DNA of 64,000 nucleotides from Nemertoderma westbladi (Eukaryota > Animalia > Xenacoelomorpha). Below are positions 47,164 through 60,476 of this stretch, piece after piece. Position numbers and translations under genes: made by a program. The notes below the pieces were generated by a model. That model worked only from the letters and a program-made list of their open reading frames with translations. It was not told the origin of the DNA and ran no database searches. The stretch lies in contig JAUCBJ010008562.1 in the NCBI GenBank assembly GCA_032718475.1, forward strand, positions 62,001-126,000. Reading direction: 5' to 3'. The stretch's first letter is position 1, and each line of letters begins with the position of its first letter.

Positions 47164-50100
47164 GTCGCATCCTGCTGGCCCAGTCCGAGGCTGCGGACCG
47201 CCGCGCAGCCGAGTCCGAGGCGCGAGTCCGCTTCCTCCAGCAGGCGCCTGGCAATGCCGCTATACAGCCGGCCCACGCTGCACCCCACGCAACCAACCCA
47301 CCGAACTCTCGTCACTTAATCGACACCTCATCGATGGACAAAGTGGACTGCGAAATGTCCTATGCCACCTTCCGACGGTGGCACGCAGCCTGGCAGGTGA
47401 ACTGCCAGCGCCAACAGCAGTCGACACCTACCCCCGGCAGACTCAGGTCTACTCGCTCCTCGCAGCTCTCAGGATGGCGATACAGGAAATGATCAGGGTT
47501 ACCCTCCGGATCGAAATAAACGACCCGAATACGGGCATGGAACTCATCCTCGATGCAATCCAAACTCACCTTCGGGACAAAAGATCCGTTGCAGTTGATC
47601 AGATCGCCTTCCACCGCCGAGTCCAGCAAGCAAACGAATCCTTCGACTCGTTCCGTGTCGCACTGGAGGAGCTGGCCGACGATGCGCGGCTCTGCAAGCA
47701 CTGCCGCAACGACCAGCTCATAACGCAGATCCTCATCGGCATCAGCGATGAGGTGACCAGCGCGATCTTTTAAAAATCTTCCCCCAACCAACGCTGGATC
47801 AATGCGTGACGATGTGCCAAACATTTGAGGCCAGCTGACGGAACGACGCCGTCCTCGGCTCGGGAACGATCTCAAAACTCTCCCAATATAAAATGGATAA
47901 ACGGACCTTGAATGAGGATGAACTGCGGCAACTGCGGACGTGGACATCCGGCGGGGAGAGACAACTGCCCAGCCCGCGGGTCAACCTGCAGTGGATGCGG
48001 GAAGACAGGCCATTTCCAGAACGTCTGCCAGTCCATACCACCAACCCGCGACCCTAAACCCAGCGGACTGAACTCGGTATTCGTCAACTAAACCAGTGCG
48101 ACTAACATGGGACAACCTGCTCTTTGAAATACATTACCATTAAACTATCTCTACCGGGGGGCACTGACTTGGGATCCATCGCACACACGCTCCCAGACAC
48201 GGGAGCAGCCGCCACCGTAATTAACGAACATTTGTTTTACCGGAACGGAGGCCAATGCAAGGACGTATCAACGTCCTACAACGTCGGCTTACTCACGGCT
48301 GACAACCTTTCTCTCACTATGGAAGGGCAGGCATCGATCCGCATCGACAATGGGACACAGAGCGACACGAGCGACGTTGTCCTGTCACCCAAGGTCAACG
48401 GGTTAATTCTCTCCCTTGCAGCCTGCCAGGCGCTGGGAATCATTCCCCACGAGTTTCCCCAGCAAATCGCCTCCCTTCCTCATGCAGTGGTCTCACCCCC
48501 TCCCCCCCCCCCCACGAGTTTCCCCAGGAAATCGCCTCCCTTCCTCGAGCAGTGGTCTTGCAGACTGCAATCTCAGAGAGATTCGCGGACGAGTTCGATG
48601 AGCGAACTGGCTTCCTCCCATGCATGGCGCCCCCCCCCCCCCCCATGCATATTTCCCTCGTGCCCAACATAGTCCCATTCCATGTCAACGGCACGCGACT
48701 GATCCCATTCGCGATGCGCGAGGAGGTTAAGAAGGAACTCGACTCTATGGTCGCACGCGGCGTACTCGAACGCGTAATGGATGCAACCGAGTGGGTTCAC
48801 CCCCTAACCGTGGCCTGCAAGCCCAATGGAAATCTGCGGATCTGCGTCGACTTGCTCAACCTGAATGCGCAGGTGCAGTGACCGCTGTACTCGACACCGA
48901 ACCCACGCCTCGCGCTGGCCGATGTCTCCTCGAGCGCACAATTCTTCAGCGTGTTCGACGCCTCCTCTGGCTACTGGCAGGTCCCCCTCGACGTGGAGTC
49001 CCAACTCCTAACAGGGTGTATAACCCCCTGGGGCTGCTATAAACACCTGCGAAGCGTTATGGGTCTTAACGCGTCGGGGGATGAGTACAACCGATGGGGG
49101 ATTCGAGGAAATTGCGGCCGACTTCTTCAAGCACATGGGTCGACACTTCCTGGCTGTAGTCGACTGATATTCGGGATGGCCCGAGATTGCCCCATTTCCC
49201 AAACCCCCCACCTCGATCACGACCGCGAACGCCATGCGAGAAATTTTCACCCACTTCGGTGTCCCTACCCGCTTTCGGTCAGATGGCGGGACACCCTTCA
49301 CGGGGCACCCGTCATATCGTTCCTCCATGATTGGGGCATGGTGCCCGTGACATCATTGCCGGAATACCCCCAATCGAATGGGCTGGCAGAATCCGCCATA
49401 AAGGTGTTCAAAGGCCTCCTAGATAAGACCGGGAGGGACATCTCTTCGACACCCTTCCTAGAAGGCCTCCTCAAACTACAAAACTCACCATGGGAGCACG
49501 GACTATCCCCCACCGAAATCTTGTTTGGACACCCTGTCCGCACTCGGGTTCCTGGACACCACCAGGCGGCACAGACAGCCCTCGATCTTGCGACACCCAC
49601 TATTGGGGCAAGCCACAAATGGACCTACAACTGCAGAGCGCGGATGCTCCCCTCCCTCGCAGTCAGTGATCCTGTCCAGATCCAGCACCCGCGAACCGGA
49701 CACTGGGACCAGGCCGGCACCATCGCCGAAACCTGGCCCCTCCGTAAATACGTAGTCCGATTGCCATCTGGACGTTCCCTTGTCTGGAACCACTGCCACC
49801 TGTTGCGGGACACCACCGCCACATCGGAAACCATGAGCTCAGACACTGCCACCAGGGACACCACGCCAGGCACGGAACCCTCGCCCACGTGTGTCTGTTG
49901 GTCCCCCAACTTGGTGACCATCAATCCCATCCGCGCGCCGTTCCCACTACTGATCGTTACCCGCGGCGACAACGGCGCCCCCCAGCATCTCTGAGGTACA
50001 ACCCGTAATTCACGGACTGAAACTGAAAGTAATTTGAGCCTTGCTCGTGCTGCGCGATGGACCAACCACGCCAGCACCCGGACTTTCGGACACTTATGGA

Positions 50101-50335
50101 CATTACCCCAGAAATTATTCCTGGGACTCGAAAGGGGATGTGAGCTATTATAGATACAGTAGTTTATTACGCCTTGCGACCTGTAGATGGCGCTAGGCCT
50201 TCTTTATTGTCTTCAGGTTCTCTTGCTGTAGTACTGTACTCGACGGCCTACATGAAGCCACAGCCCTACTGTAGTTGGTGTACCGGTACCATATATTATA
50301 TGCGATATATGCATGATACAGAGGACATTACAACA
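47164..50335 (+). mobile_element. Degenerate Mag-type Gypsy element, 5'-truncated, with deletion from RT to integrase (~49095); probable 3' LTR 50139-50335
   Basis: Gag QQANESFDSF..L.ELADDARLC; CPARGSTCSGCGKTGHF; LPDTGA; LRICVDL; FDASSGYWQ; YPQSNGLAESAIK; PPT AAAGGGGA then TGT...ACA. Confidence 0.85.
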
Positions 50336-50373
50336 TTGTATTGGCCTGTACATTTAGTATTGTATTTGGTGTC

Positions 50374-50462
50374 ATTGTTTACGTGGTAACCCATGACGGC
50401 GTTAAGTAATGTCCACTAAGCGGACATTACTTAACGCCGTCATTGGATTCCACGTAAACAAT
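50374..50462. repeat. Near-perfect ~40-bp-stem hairpin
   Basis: ATTGTTTACGTGG..ATGACGGCGTTAAGTAATGTCC-loop-GGACATTACTTAACGCCGTCAT..CCACGTAAACAAT. Confidence 0.9.
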
Positions 50463-50545
50463 AGGTGGAAATTTGCCTGACAGCCAGGTATGCCTACTGC
50501 ATTACCTGCCGGTAGTCGGCACTACTATGCACAACACCGGCACAA

Positions 50546-51326
50546 CACTACTATGTTATGGGTACCCACGTTTTAAACAAATTTTTTCATATGAAAATGG
50601 CTTTTATTATGAGGTTTTTTGTTCTAGAACAAATATTTAACTTTCTGCCAGTACGATGGTAGCTAGTAATTTTGATTTTGTGTTAGCTAATACTTTTTAT
50701 TAGCTAGTGAAAAAAATTATAATTGAAAAATTGAAAAAAAATTTGACCAACTTTTTTCTTGTAAAAATGTATTTTATTATGACGTTTTTTTTATCTAGAA
50801 CAAATATTTGTTGAAAATTTGTTTAAAATGTTTGACCTTCTGGCAGTAAGATGGTAGCTAGTACTTTTGATTTTGTGTTAGCTAGTACTATTTATTAGCT
50901 AGTAAATGTAAGATATACCGGTAATTTAATTCTCAATTATATATTTGCATGGAATAATTTAAGAGTCATAGTGTAGCTAGTAATTTTTATTTGATAGTCA
51001 ACGTAGCTAGTAATTATTCACTAGCTAGTTTGTTATATTTTATACAAAATATAGGCAGATGTCAAAATAGAGATAGATAGAGAATAGAGAAATGTCTACC
51101 ATAATAAAAGATAATAGCTAACCTCTGTTTTCTAAAACTAGTAGCTACTGTTTTAAAAACAGTAGCTACCTAAAAGAAATCACTAGCTACCATAAAAAAA
51201 ACAATAGCTAGCGTCTAACAGAAGATGACATTAATGTTCTACTGTAAAACAAAAAAAACTCAAGATAATAGCCATTAACATTGCCAAATAAATGGTCAAA
51301 AAGCGGGTACCCATAACATAGTAGTG
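50546..51326. mobile_element. Non-autonomous CACTA-like TIR element
   Basis: 22-bp TIR CACTACTATGTTATGGGTACCC / GGGTACCCATAACATAGTAGTG; many TAGCTA and TTCTAGAACA motifs, also present at 46480-47160; no clear TSD. Confidence 0.7.
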
Positions 51327-51509
51327 CCTCGGTGAATAGCTATTAATAACCAGTAAGGCCTAGCTATATTATTATAACATGGCGCCAAACGACACCATAA
51401 ATATAAGCTAACTTAGTTATAACATAATTTATGTCATTTTTACATTTATTTATACAGCAACTAATATAGTTTGTGCAGTTTCTATCACTTATAATGTATA
51501 TGTACAATC

Positions 51510-51745
51510 ATTTCGAAATGTTAAAATTTTGGAATAAAATTACAGTACATACATACTTGTTGCAAAGTACTTAACAGTGTTCTGATCCTCGTGGCTTTAT
51601 TTTCACTCACTCACTAACGTTCGTTCGTGTAAAAAAGCCACCCGGATCATCACACTGTAAAGTGCTACTTTACACATAAGTATGTAAATAGTTATTGCTA
51701 CAAGTATGTATGTAGTTTTATTTCAAAATTTTAACATTACGAAAT
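51510..51745. repeat. Long imperfect inverted repeat (foldback element)
   Basis: CGAAATGTTAAAATTTTG..TACATACATACTTGT..ACAGTGT..GATCC..GTGGCTTT mirrored around ~51618. Confidence 0.75.
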
Positions 51746-52305
51746 AGATAGATAGATTTATTTATACATTATGTAAAAACAATAACAAATACACCAAACA
51801 ATGTACCGGTATAAAGGTATTATCCAACATAACATATAGGATTACCCCTAAAGCTTTGCAGCTTATTTCCAAGGGGGTCCTTTATGTTACTTGGTTACAA
51901 ATACAATATTACACTACGCTAACCTAAAACCAATATAAAACGTAATTACACTATGTACATGTACAACTTTACCGAGAGCATGACAATGTCCGACTCAACG
52001 ATAAAGATGTAATGTACAGAACAATTTAATATAAAACGTAATTCCAGTATAAATAGTAAATAATTAATAAACTAATATCTTACTGTAGGACTATTGTACC
52101 TATTTTACATTGCACTCGGAGGTGAGATTTAACTGCAGATTTAAAAGAATGTTGATTATCTAGGTTTTTAATTTCATTAGGCAGAGCGTTCCAATTTTTA
52201 ATGCCGTTAAAAAAGAAAGTATCAGATTCAAAGGATTTATAATTCGGGAGGTAGAAGTTTGAAGCACTAGCTCTGGTACTGTAAGAGTGTGTATCGCGTA
52301 CTCTG

Positions 52306-55300
52306 CGCCAGACCTTGGGTCTAGCATTGTGTTTTCCACAGCCCCGAGACTGTGACCTAACGAGAGTTCCCCTTAGCAGTGACCAACCGACCCAGACTGT
52401 ATCACACCTACCGGTAGCCGATCAGTCAGTCAGTCGGATCACAGGCTGCTCCGGGGTAGCGCTTGGCCAGGCCTTACCGTCTTACTGTACCGCACCTACC
52501 GGCTGACTGGTAGCCGCTTCAACCTGCCTGGTTAGCCTCGCCTTACCCCACCTATTGTACGGCCTGATTGTATTGCCCCAGTTCGTGTATATTATTATAT
52601 ACTACTTATTGCTGTACTATATTATATCGATACCCGCTGGATATTACTCGAGGTGTTTTCCCGTATCTACACCATACACCCTACTTCTCACCACTCTGGC
52701 GTGGTGGCAGCGTTTGTGATTATTCCCACACCCCATTCACACGAGTTTATAAACCAGAAACCTATCCAGCACCTAGGCCTATAACCGAAGTACACAGCCT
52801 ATTTATGCTGTTATGGCTACCTTCAAAACGCCGCGCCTCCAACCAGTAACTAAGTCAGAGACCCTGACTTCATTTGAGGCCTGGCGACAGACTCTTCAAT
52901 ACAGCCTAGCCTTAGATTCCGAATTTGCACGATTTTCAACAACAACTCTCCGATGGCTACCAGCCTCCCGAGCAGCGCCTACACGCGGTCTCATAGACGA
53001 CCCAGACAATGTACCCGCCGCTCGCCGTCGTACCGCAGTCCAGCAGGTCGCAGCCTTGAAGCTTATGCTTGGGCAAATAGCCAACTACGCACCGGTCATT
53101 TCTCGTGCGGCTATTGTCCGTTCCGCCACCTCCTTACAATTTGTGTGGCAAGCCCTTCGCGCCCACTTTGGCTTCCAGTCATCTGGGTCCCACTTCCTCG
53201 ACTTTGCCACCATTTCCCAAGAACATGAAGAACGCCCAGAGGACTTATTCCAACGCCTCGCAGCCTTCCTAGATGACAACCTGCTCACATGCGATTCTGG
53301 TATTCAACACATGGGTGCAGCCGTTGCCCACGACGAAGAAATGTCGCCCTCCTTGGAGAATCTTCTCACGTTAACCTGGCTGCGTCTCCTCCACCCAGAC
53401 CTTCCCCGCTTGGTTCAGCAGCGGTACGGAACCGAACTCCGGAACCGTACTCTGGCAACCATTAAACCGGAAATCAGCCAGGCCCTCCCATCCCTTATGG
53501 AGGAGTTGAACACTGCCGCCGATGTGTGCACTTTCCGTACTACAACCTCGAGGTACCCGCCACGCCGCCCTGTTAACCGGCCAACCCAGAGTTGATCCAT
53601 TCCTCACCCAATTAAAGTTTGCCCACTGTGCTCACAGGCTAAACGTACCGAGGTGGACCACTTCTTGAGCACATGCCACTTCCTTCCGGAACAGGACCGC
53701 CGCTTCCTAGTCCACACCAACATTGTTGACATTCAGGATGAAGCTGAAGTCAGTAATGGTTTCGCCAATATCATCAGCGATGATTCCAAGGAAGGTACCA
53801 ATGATGACTATACCCATCCTTCTTCACACCGCGTATCAGTCATCCGTTCGCCCATCCTCCATGCCAACTAACGGTCCCAACCGTTAGTTATCCTTCTCGA
53901 TGCGGAGCTGAAGCCGACTTGATCCGTGAAACACTCACCCGTGAGCTGGGCGTTCCCATCACGCCCAGTACGTCACAACTGCCATCTCTTGCTGATGGAT
54001 CATCCACTCTACATGTCTGCGGAGAAACCCGCTTCGACCTTGCCCGTGGCAAACTGCACTTTAAGTTCTGTGGCCTTGTAGTCACCAACCTAGCATCACC
54101 CATAATCGGTGGTATGCCCTTCCTCCAAGGGAATGACATCTCAATTCACCCTGCACTTGGTCGTCTCACCTTCCGTGATGGTTCCCACAATGACTATACT
54201 CACACCCGCACCCGTAGTGTCTTCCTCACCTGTAGCCCGTGCGTCTGCCAACTCTGTTGTTGTATGGCCTGGAGAGCCACTCCACATCCCCCTTCCCCCA
54301 TCCATTGACCCACACACAGCAGTCCTCCTCACCCCGCATACACCTACTAAACCTTCCTGGTTCCATCCACAACTGGCCCAACCCAGTGCTGGTCACATCG
54401 ACCTCTATAACCAGTCACCAGATCCCATCATGGTCCCACGCCATGCTCACATTGCCTGTGTTACACCTGTTTGTGAACCCTCTGATTCTGAGCTCATCAC
54501 CGCTCCTATAACTCCACACCCTGGTTCCTGCTCCATCACCCCTAATCCACCACCCGCTACCTCTGATATCCAACTCGATCCCGACAACATACTTACGCCA
54601 TCAGAATGAGGACGGTTCTCATCGATAATCGACTGCCATGCAATCGTCTTTTCTCATGTATACCCTGGATATAATGGAGCAGCCGGCCCCTTCGAAGCAA
54701 CAGTTAATATGGGTCCCACACTACCTCCCCAGTGAAAGGGCCGCGTCCCTCAGTATGGACGCAACCGGTTAGTTGAACTCCAAGAGCGGTTCGACGAGTT
54801 AGAGAGCCTCGGGGTCTTCGCAACCCCTGAACGAGCTGGTGCCAATATGGAATATCTCAGCCCCTCATTCCTTGTTGCCAAACCTAATGGAGGCACCCGC
54901 CTAGTCACTGCATTTAATGAAGTCGCCAAATATGCGAAACCCCAGCCATCCTTACTACCCAATGTTAATTCAACTCTCTCTTCCCTTGATCGATATAAAT
55001 ATCTTATTAAAACTGACTTAATAAGCGTGTTCTATCAGATACCTTTACACAAGGACTCATACAAGTTTTGTGGTGTCATCACCCCATTCCGTGGTGTCTG
55101 TGTCTACCTGAGATCAGCTATGAGCATGCCTGGCTCCGAGACAGCTCTAGAGGAGATCATGTCACGTGTCCTCGGTGACCTCCACGTGCATGGTGGAGTC
55201 ACTAAAATCGCCGACGATCTTTACTGTGGTGGCAATACCCTGGGCAACCTTGCTACTAATTTTGATAATATGTTGACAGCTCTGGAGCGATGTGATCTGC

Positions 55301-58198
55301 GGCTGTCTGCCCGCAAGACAGTCATATATCCTTCATCCACTACCATCCTTGGCTGGAAGTGGACTCAGGGTTCACTTTCCGCATCACCCCATGTTGTTTC
55401 TGCCCTCGCTATGTGCCCATCCCCTACTACAGTCCAGGCATTGCGCTCCTTTATTGGCTCATACATAGTTCTGTCACGAGTGTTACCACATTGCTCTGCC
55501 CTCATTGGCCCTCTCGAGTCACTCCTCACTGATAAACCCCTTGACCTTGTCTCTTGGACAGACTCCACATCCACAGCGTTCCGTCATTCACAAGCCGGCC
55601 TTAAGGATTGTCGTTCGATAGTTATCCCCCGACCATCCGATGAGCTGTTCATCGTAACTGACGCCGCATCAAATACTTCCGGCATTGGCGCAGTCTTATA
55701 TGCCAAACGTGACTCCCAACTACATGTTGCCGGGTATTTTTCAGCAAAGTTGCGTCAACACCAGCCAGCAGTCTTGGCTACCATGTGAGATAGAAGCCCT
55801 TGCAATCGCAGCTTCCGTACACCATTTTGTCCCCTACATAACATAGTCTACCATACCTGCCTGTGTTGTTACAGACAACAAACCCTGTGTTCAAGCCTAT
55901 AATAAACTCTCGCGCGGTGCCTACTCAATGAGCCCTCGACTCACCACGTTTCTTGCTACACTGAGTCAATACAGCATCACAGTATCGCACATCCAAGGCA
56001 AACGTAACCTGCCAGCTGACTTCCAGAGCCGACACACTCCTACCTGTCCCAACCGATCATGCCAGGTATGTGCATTTGTTGATGAGTTATGTCAGTCACC
56101 CCGCATACAGACCCTTAATATCCCTCCCGATGAAACAAAACCCTTGTATGCCACCCGCAGTGCGTGGCTTGCCACACAAGCTGAATGTGCTATGATCCGT
56201 ATCCTGTGTCCTGTGACTGTCGGGACGTCAAACGATACCTTGGTTGTGCTTCTGTTGCCAGCGATGGCCTCCTTGTCGTCCGCCGTCGCATTGCATTATC
56301 TTCCCCACGCGATCTCATTGTGGTACCATGTTCCGCCATACACGGATTAGTAACCTCACTCCATTTGGAGCTTCAGCACCCTCCTAAGGCCCAGTTACGT
56401 AAGGTCCTTGACCGTTCCTTTTGGGCCCTAGAACATGGTACAGCAGTAACTGCATGTGTCGACGCATGCCCCCAGTGCGTTTCTCTTAAGACCGCACCCC
56501 CACGTACCATTGCTCAGTCATCAGAGGAGCCCCCAACTGTCATCGGCATCTCCCTCGCTGCCGACGTCCTTGCCCAGCACCGTCAACACGTCCTCTTCAT
56601 CCGTGAAACAGTATGACAGTATGAAACAGAAACAGTATGAAACAGTGAAACAGTGAAACACCTTTTCTGCCGCTACTATCATCCCCGATGAGACCCAGTT
56701 GACCCTCCGTGGTGCACTTATCGCGCTCTGCGTTCGCCTGGTACCCCTCTGCTGTGGTTCGCGTTGATCCCGCCTCTGGATTTAAGGCACTCTGCAATGA
56801 CAACATCCTCCTCTCCCACCAAATTCGTCTAGAATTAGGACGCCCAAAGAACCCAAATAAGAACCCCGTGGCTGAACACGGCATTCGCGAACTCGAAGGT
56901 GAACTCCTCCGTTTATACCCTTCTGGTGGTCCCTGCTCCAGCGTTGCACTCGCAATTGCTATTCCCAATCTCAACCGGCGCCTCCGTCACAGTGGACTAT
57001 CAGCTCGCAAATTCCTACACCAATGCGACCAATTTACTGGTGACCAACTGCCTCTGGATGATGCTGCACTCATCCGCCGTCAACAACACTACCGCGCCGA
57101 TAATCATTCAGCCAGCACAAAGTCAAAGTGTTGTCTCCCTTCAATGTTGCAGCCACACGCCCCTATACAAGTTGGTGACTTAGTCCACCTGTACGGCGAT
57201 GGATCGAAACTTCATAGCCGACCGCGTTATATTGTGTCCTCTGCTCCGACAGCTGGCTGAATGTTCGAAAGTTTATTGGCGCCCAACTCAGGGCCCAAAC
57301 GTATCGCGTCCCATGCTCCGAGTGCTATCTCGTGCCTCAATATAGGGCGTGCTCCAACCCCCCTGTGAGCGCATCGGAGTCCAGCGACGACGATTTACCA
57401 TTGCCTCCATGCCGTGGAGCACCCCGCGATCTACCAGCCCTCGGCACCCCTGGTGTTATCCCCACTACGGAGCCTCCTGCGCCACAACCACTACCTGCGG
57501 TAACTTACTACCCCACTCGCGCACACCGGCCTCCTTTACGTTATGGATATGATACCTAACTGTGAACTAATGGCATTCTGAGCTACCCTCCGTAGACTGA
57601 AAACGCACGCTCAGTACCCGCTTTATATTGCTTATAACTGCGTTTCATTTTATCACTCAAGTTGTTATTACTTGTGTCCTGCATACTCAGTACATAAATG
57701 TCGCCTTTTCTGACTCTTTGAAACTGAAAGTTTTTTTAGTTAATCTGTGTGTACCTACTACGTGATTTAGGTGTCTGACAAAATGGCAAGTGAAAGAGGT
57801 TGCGCCAGACCTTGGGTCTAGCATTGTGTTTCCCACAGCCCCGAGACTGGGACCTAACGAGAGTTCCCCTTAGCAGTGACCAACAGACCCCGACTGTATC
57901 ACACCTACCGGTAGCCGATCAGTCAGTCAGTCGGATCACAGGCTGCTCCGGGGTAGCGCTTGGCCAGGCCTTACCGTCTTACTGTACCGCACCTACCGGC
58001 TGACCGGTAGCCGCTTCAACCTGCCTGGTTAGCCTCGCCTTACCCCACCTATTGTATGGCCTGATTGTATTGCCCCAGTTCGTGTATATTATTATATACT
58101 GCTTATTGCTGTATTATATTATATCGATACCCGCTGGATATTACTCGAGGTGTTTTCCCGTATCTACACCATACACCCTCCTTCTCACCACTCTGGCG
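52306..58198 (+). mobile_element. Full-length degenerate Gypsy-type LTR retrotransposon with CG..CG termini
   Basis: 396-bp LTRs 52306-52701 and 57803-58198 (~9 differences); PBS TGGTGGCAGCG (tRNA-Leu type) at 52702; PPT GAAAGAGG; flanks CTG/CTG. Confidence 0.92.
52813..57559 (+). pseudogene. gag-pol: gag-PR-RT-RNase H-integrase polyprotein with stops and frameshifts
   Basis: Gag [15 protein letters not shown]; RT YLSPSFLV, TDL..FYQIPL, KIADDL; RH IVTDAA, EALAI, TDNKP; IN LAADV, RVDPA, NPVAEHGIRE. Confidence 0.88.
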
Positions 58199-59175
58199 CT
58201 GTTGAATTTTTGTTTTAGGTAATTGGGACATTTACCATTATACACTTTATGCACATGGTTAAGGCGTAGCTGCTTAACTCTACTATCTAAGTTAAGTAGT
58301 CCAGATTCAGAAAAGTCATATGGAGTTATCTGGACTACTTTATTCTGAGCTACTTGTAATTTACATTTAAGCTGTTTGGTTAAGCCTTCATACCAAGAAG
58401 AGCATGCATAGTCCATGTGACACTGTTTTAAAGAAGAGCAAAGTAATCTGCGGGAGTCGGTGTTTAAACTATTTTTATTTCTGTATAGAAACCTAATCCT
58501 ACTGTTGATTGTATATAATATTATAAGAGATAGAAACTGCACAAATTATATTAGTTGCTGTTTAAATAAATGTAAAAATGACATAAATAATGTTATAAAT
58601 AAGTTAGCTTATATTTATGGTGGCGTGTGGAGCCATGGTATAATAATATAGCTAGGCCCTACTGGTACCTACTGCTACTGTAATAAAACATTGATATTAA
58701 GATAGACTCGCGTTCTTATACTGATCACGATAAAACTCGTTAAAAATCATTCTCGCATACGCAACTATCATTTTTTGTGTTTGTCTGGTGGGTCGAAAAA
58801 ACAAGCAGGATAAAGTTTCAAACGGGAAAAATCTAATTAGATTGGATAATACAATATTTTTGTGTGTCATATCCGTGATCAGCATCCCAGAAAACCCACA
58901 ATGTCATAAAATCAGGTTGATTTGGTAATGATTTTTGATTATCAAATTTGTGCTATTTGTATTTTTCTTGCCGCACATTGACACATTTCCAAAAAATCCG
59001 TAATCAAGGTAAGGTACTTTTCAGTGTCATATTTGTGATCAGCATCCCAAAAACCCAAATGGTTAGAAAATCAATTTGACTTCGTGGTGATTTTTTATTA
59101 TCATGTTTACAACTTGTTTTTTTCGTGCTCCATCCAGGTCGGGGCACAAATAACTGAATAATAACTAATATAACA

Positions 59176-59406
59176 TACAGTCGGCCGAGGCAGGATGCGA
59201 CCCGATGGTTGCACCTCTTTTGATAGCTGCTACCCGAGGTTATGTGTGGGCGCTACTCTTATCCAAAGATTTGCTCCCAGTTTTTTTTAACTGGAACTCA
59301 TTTTATCGACCCCAATGGATGAAAGGCTGACTGGAACCTGGCTGGGTTGAACCTACAACCAATAGATTGCAGACCTGGCGCTTAGCCAACTGAGCTACCC
59401 CGCCGT
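59176..59406 (-). mobile_element. tRNA-derived SINE with 14-bp TSD
   Basis: Head GGCGGGGTAGCTCAGTTGG..CTGCAAT..GGTTCAACCC; body TCAGCCTTTCATCC..GGGGTCGATAAAATGAGT; TSD TAACTAATATAACA at 59162-59175 and 59407-59420. Confidence 0.9.
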
Positions 59407-60476
59407 TAACTAATATAACAACATACCTATGTTGTTATATTACACAACTCTTAGAAATGTTTGATGTAGGACTATGTTTGGGTAGATCTTCCCAATGAAA
59501 TCAGCACATTCTAAAACTTCAGTAGCCAAACTGTACGGCCAAATTACAACTTTTGGCTTTTTGAAAATTTCAAACTACTTGCACTTTTGCTCTTTTACTA
59601 TATTAAAAATTGAAAATTTTGCATCAAATCTTGCTTTCGATTACTAATAATGAATTCAACAAACCAAAAAAACATAGTATGTTTAATGGTTATACCGAAG
59701 TCTTTGAATGGTGATATATTTTTTGTAATTTTATCAATTCCAAGAGGTGTTGATATGGTATGGGTGGAAGGAATGCATCATATCACAAAACTATTACATT
59801 TTTATTTGTTTCATCTGAAAGAGGACATGATCGACATCATGTCCTTCATGGGTTTTCATGATCAGTGATTATATTTCCGATGTTAGTTTTTACTTTTGGT
59901 GAAATATATTCTCTCTGTCTGCCAGTTGTACTGTATATGTGCAAGATAGACAAAGTGGTAGACGGAAAGACAGCGATAACTTGAGAACTAAAAAAGTCTT
60001 GCTTAGCCGTTTTATGTTCATGGAACCATCCCTTTACATTTTGCTTCAGATGAAATATAAACAAAATGTGATAATTTCACCCAAATCCATGGAGTGGATA
60101 CTCCACCCCCACCCCAACCCCCGAATTGAACTTTAGCAGGTTAAGGTAGGCAAAGGGTATCGTGTCCTGTCCGAGTACCATAACTATTTCTATATATGCT
60201 TATAAGTCGTTTTTTGTAGTCCAAAAATTTCTTTCAAGTAATTAATAATTTTGGAAAAATATAGGACCTACAGTAATAGATATTATTTCATTCTATGAAA
60301 TCTATAAATGTGTCCATTGAGGACCAGTTTAGGTACGGGAATTTTGGCTAATCAATTTCTAAGTTCGCTATAATCTAATTCCACCATTTAGATTATAGAA
60401 GTAGTGATGTGACAAACTTGTTTCTATAAAATACTTATACCCTATTAAAACCATTGGATTTCCTTCTGCCATTTTA

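Larger units (their letters stand above)
51744..58520 (-). mobile_element. 3' end of a CR1/L2-group (Crack/Daphne-like) LINE, split by the Gypsy at 52306-58198
   Basis: FLYRNK..DYACSSWY..KLQVAQNK..CPNYL joins in frame to RVRDTHSYSTR..WNALP..FK after removing the insert; AATAAA + (ATCT)n tail. Confidence 0.85.

Noticed and set aside
59335-59404. Functional tRNA-Cys gene
   Set aside because: Stems are imperfect, and it is attached to a SINE body with a 14-bp TSD.
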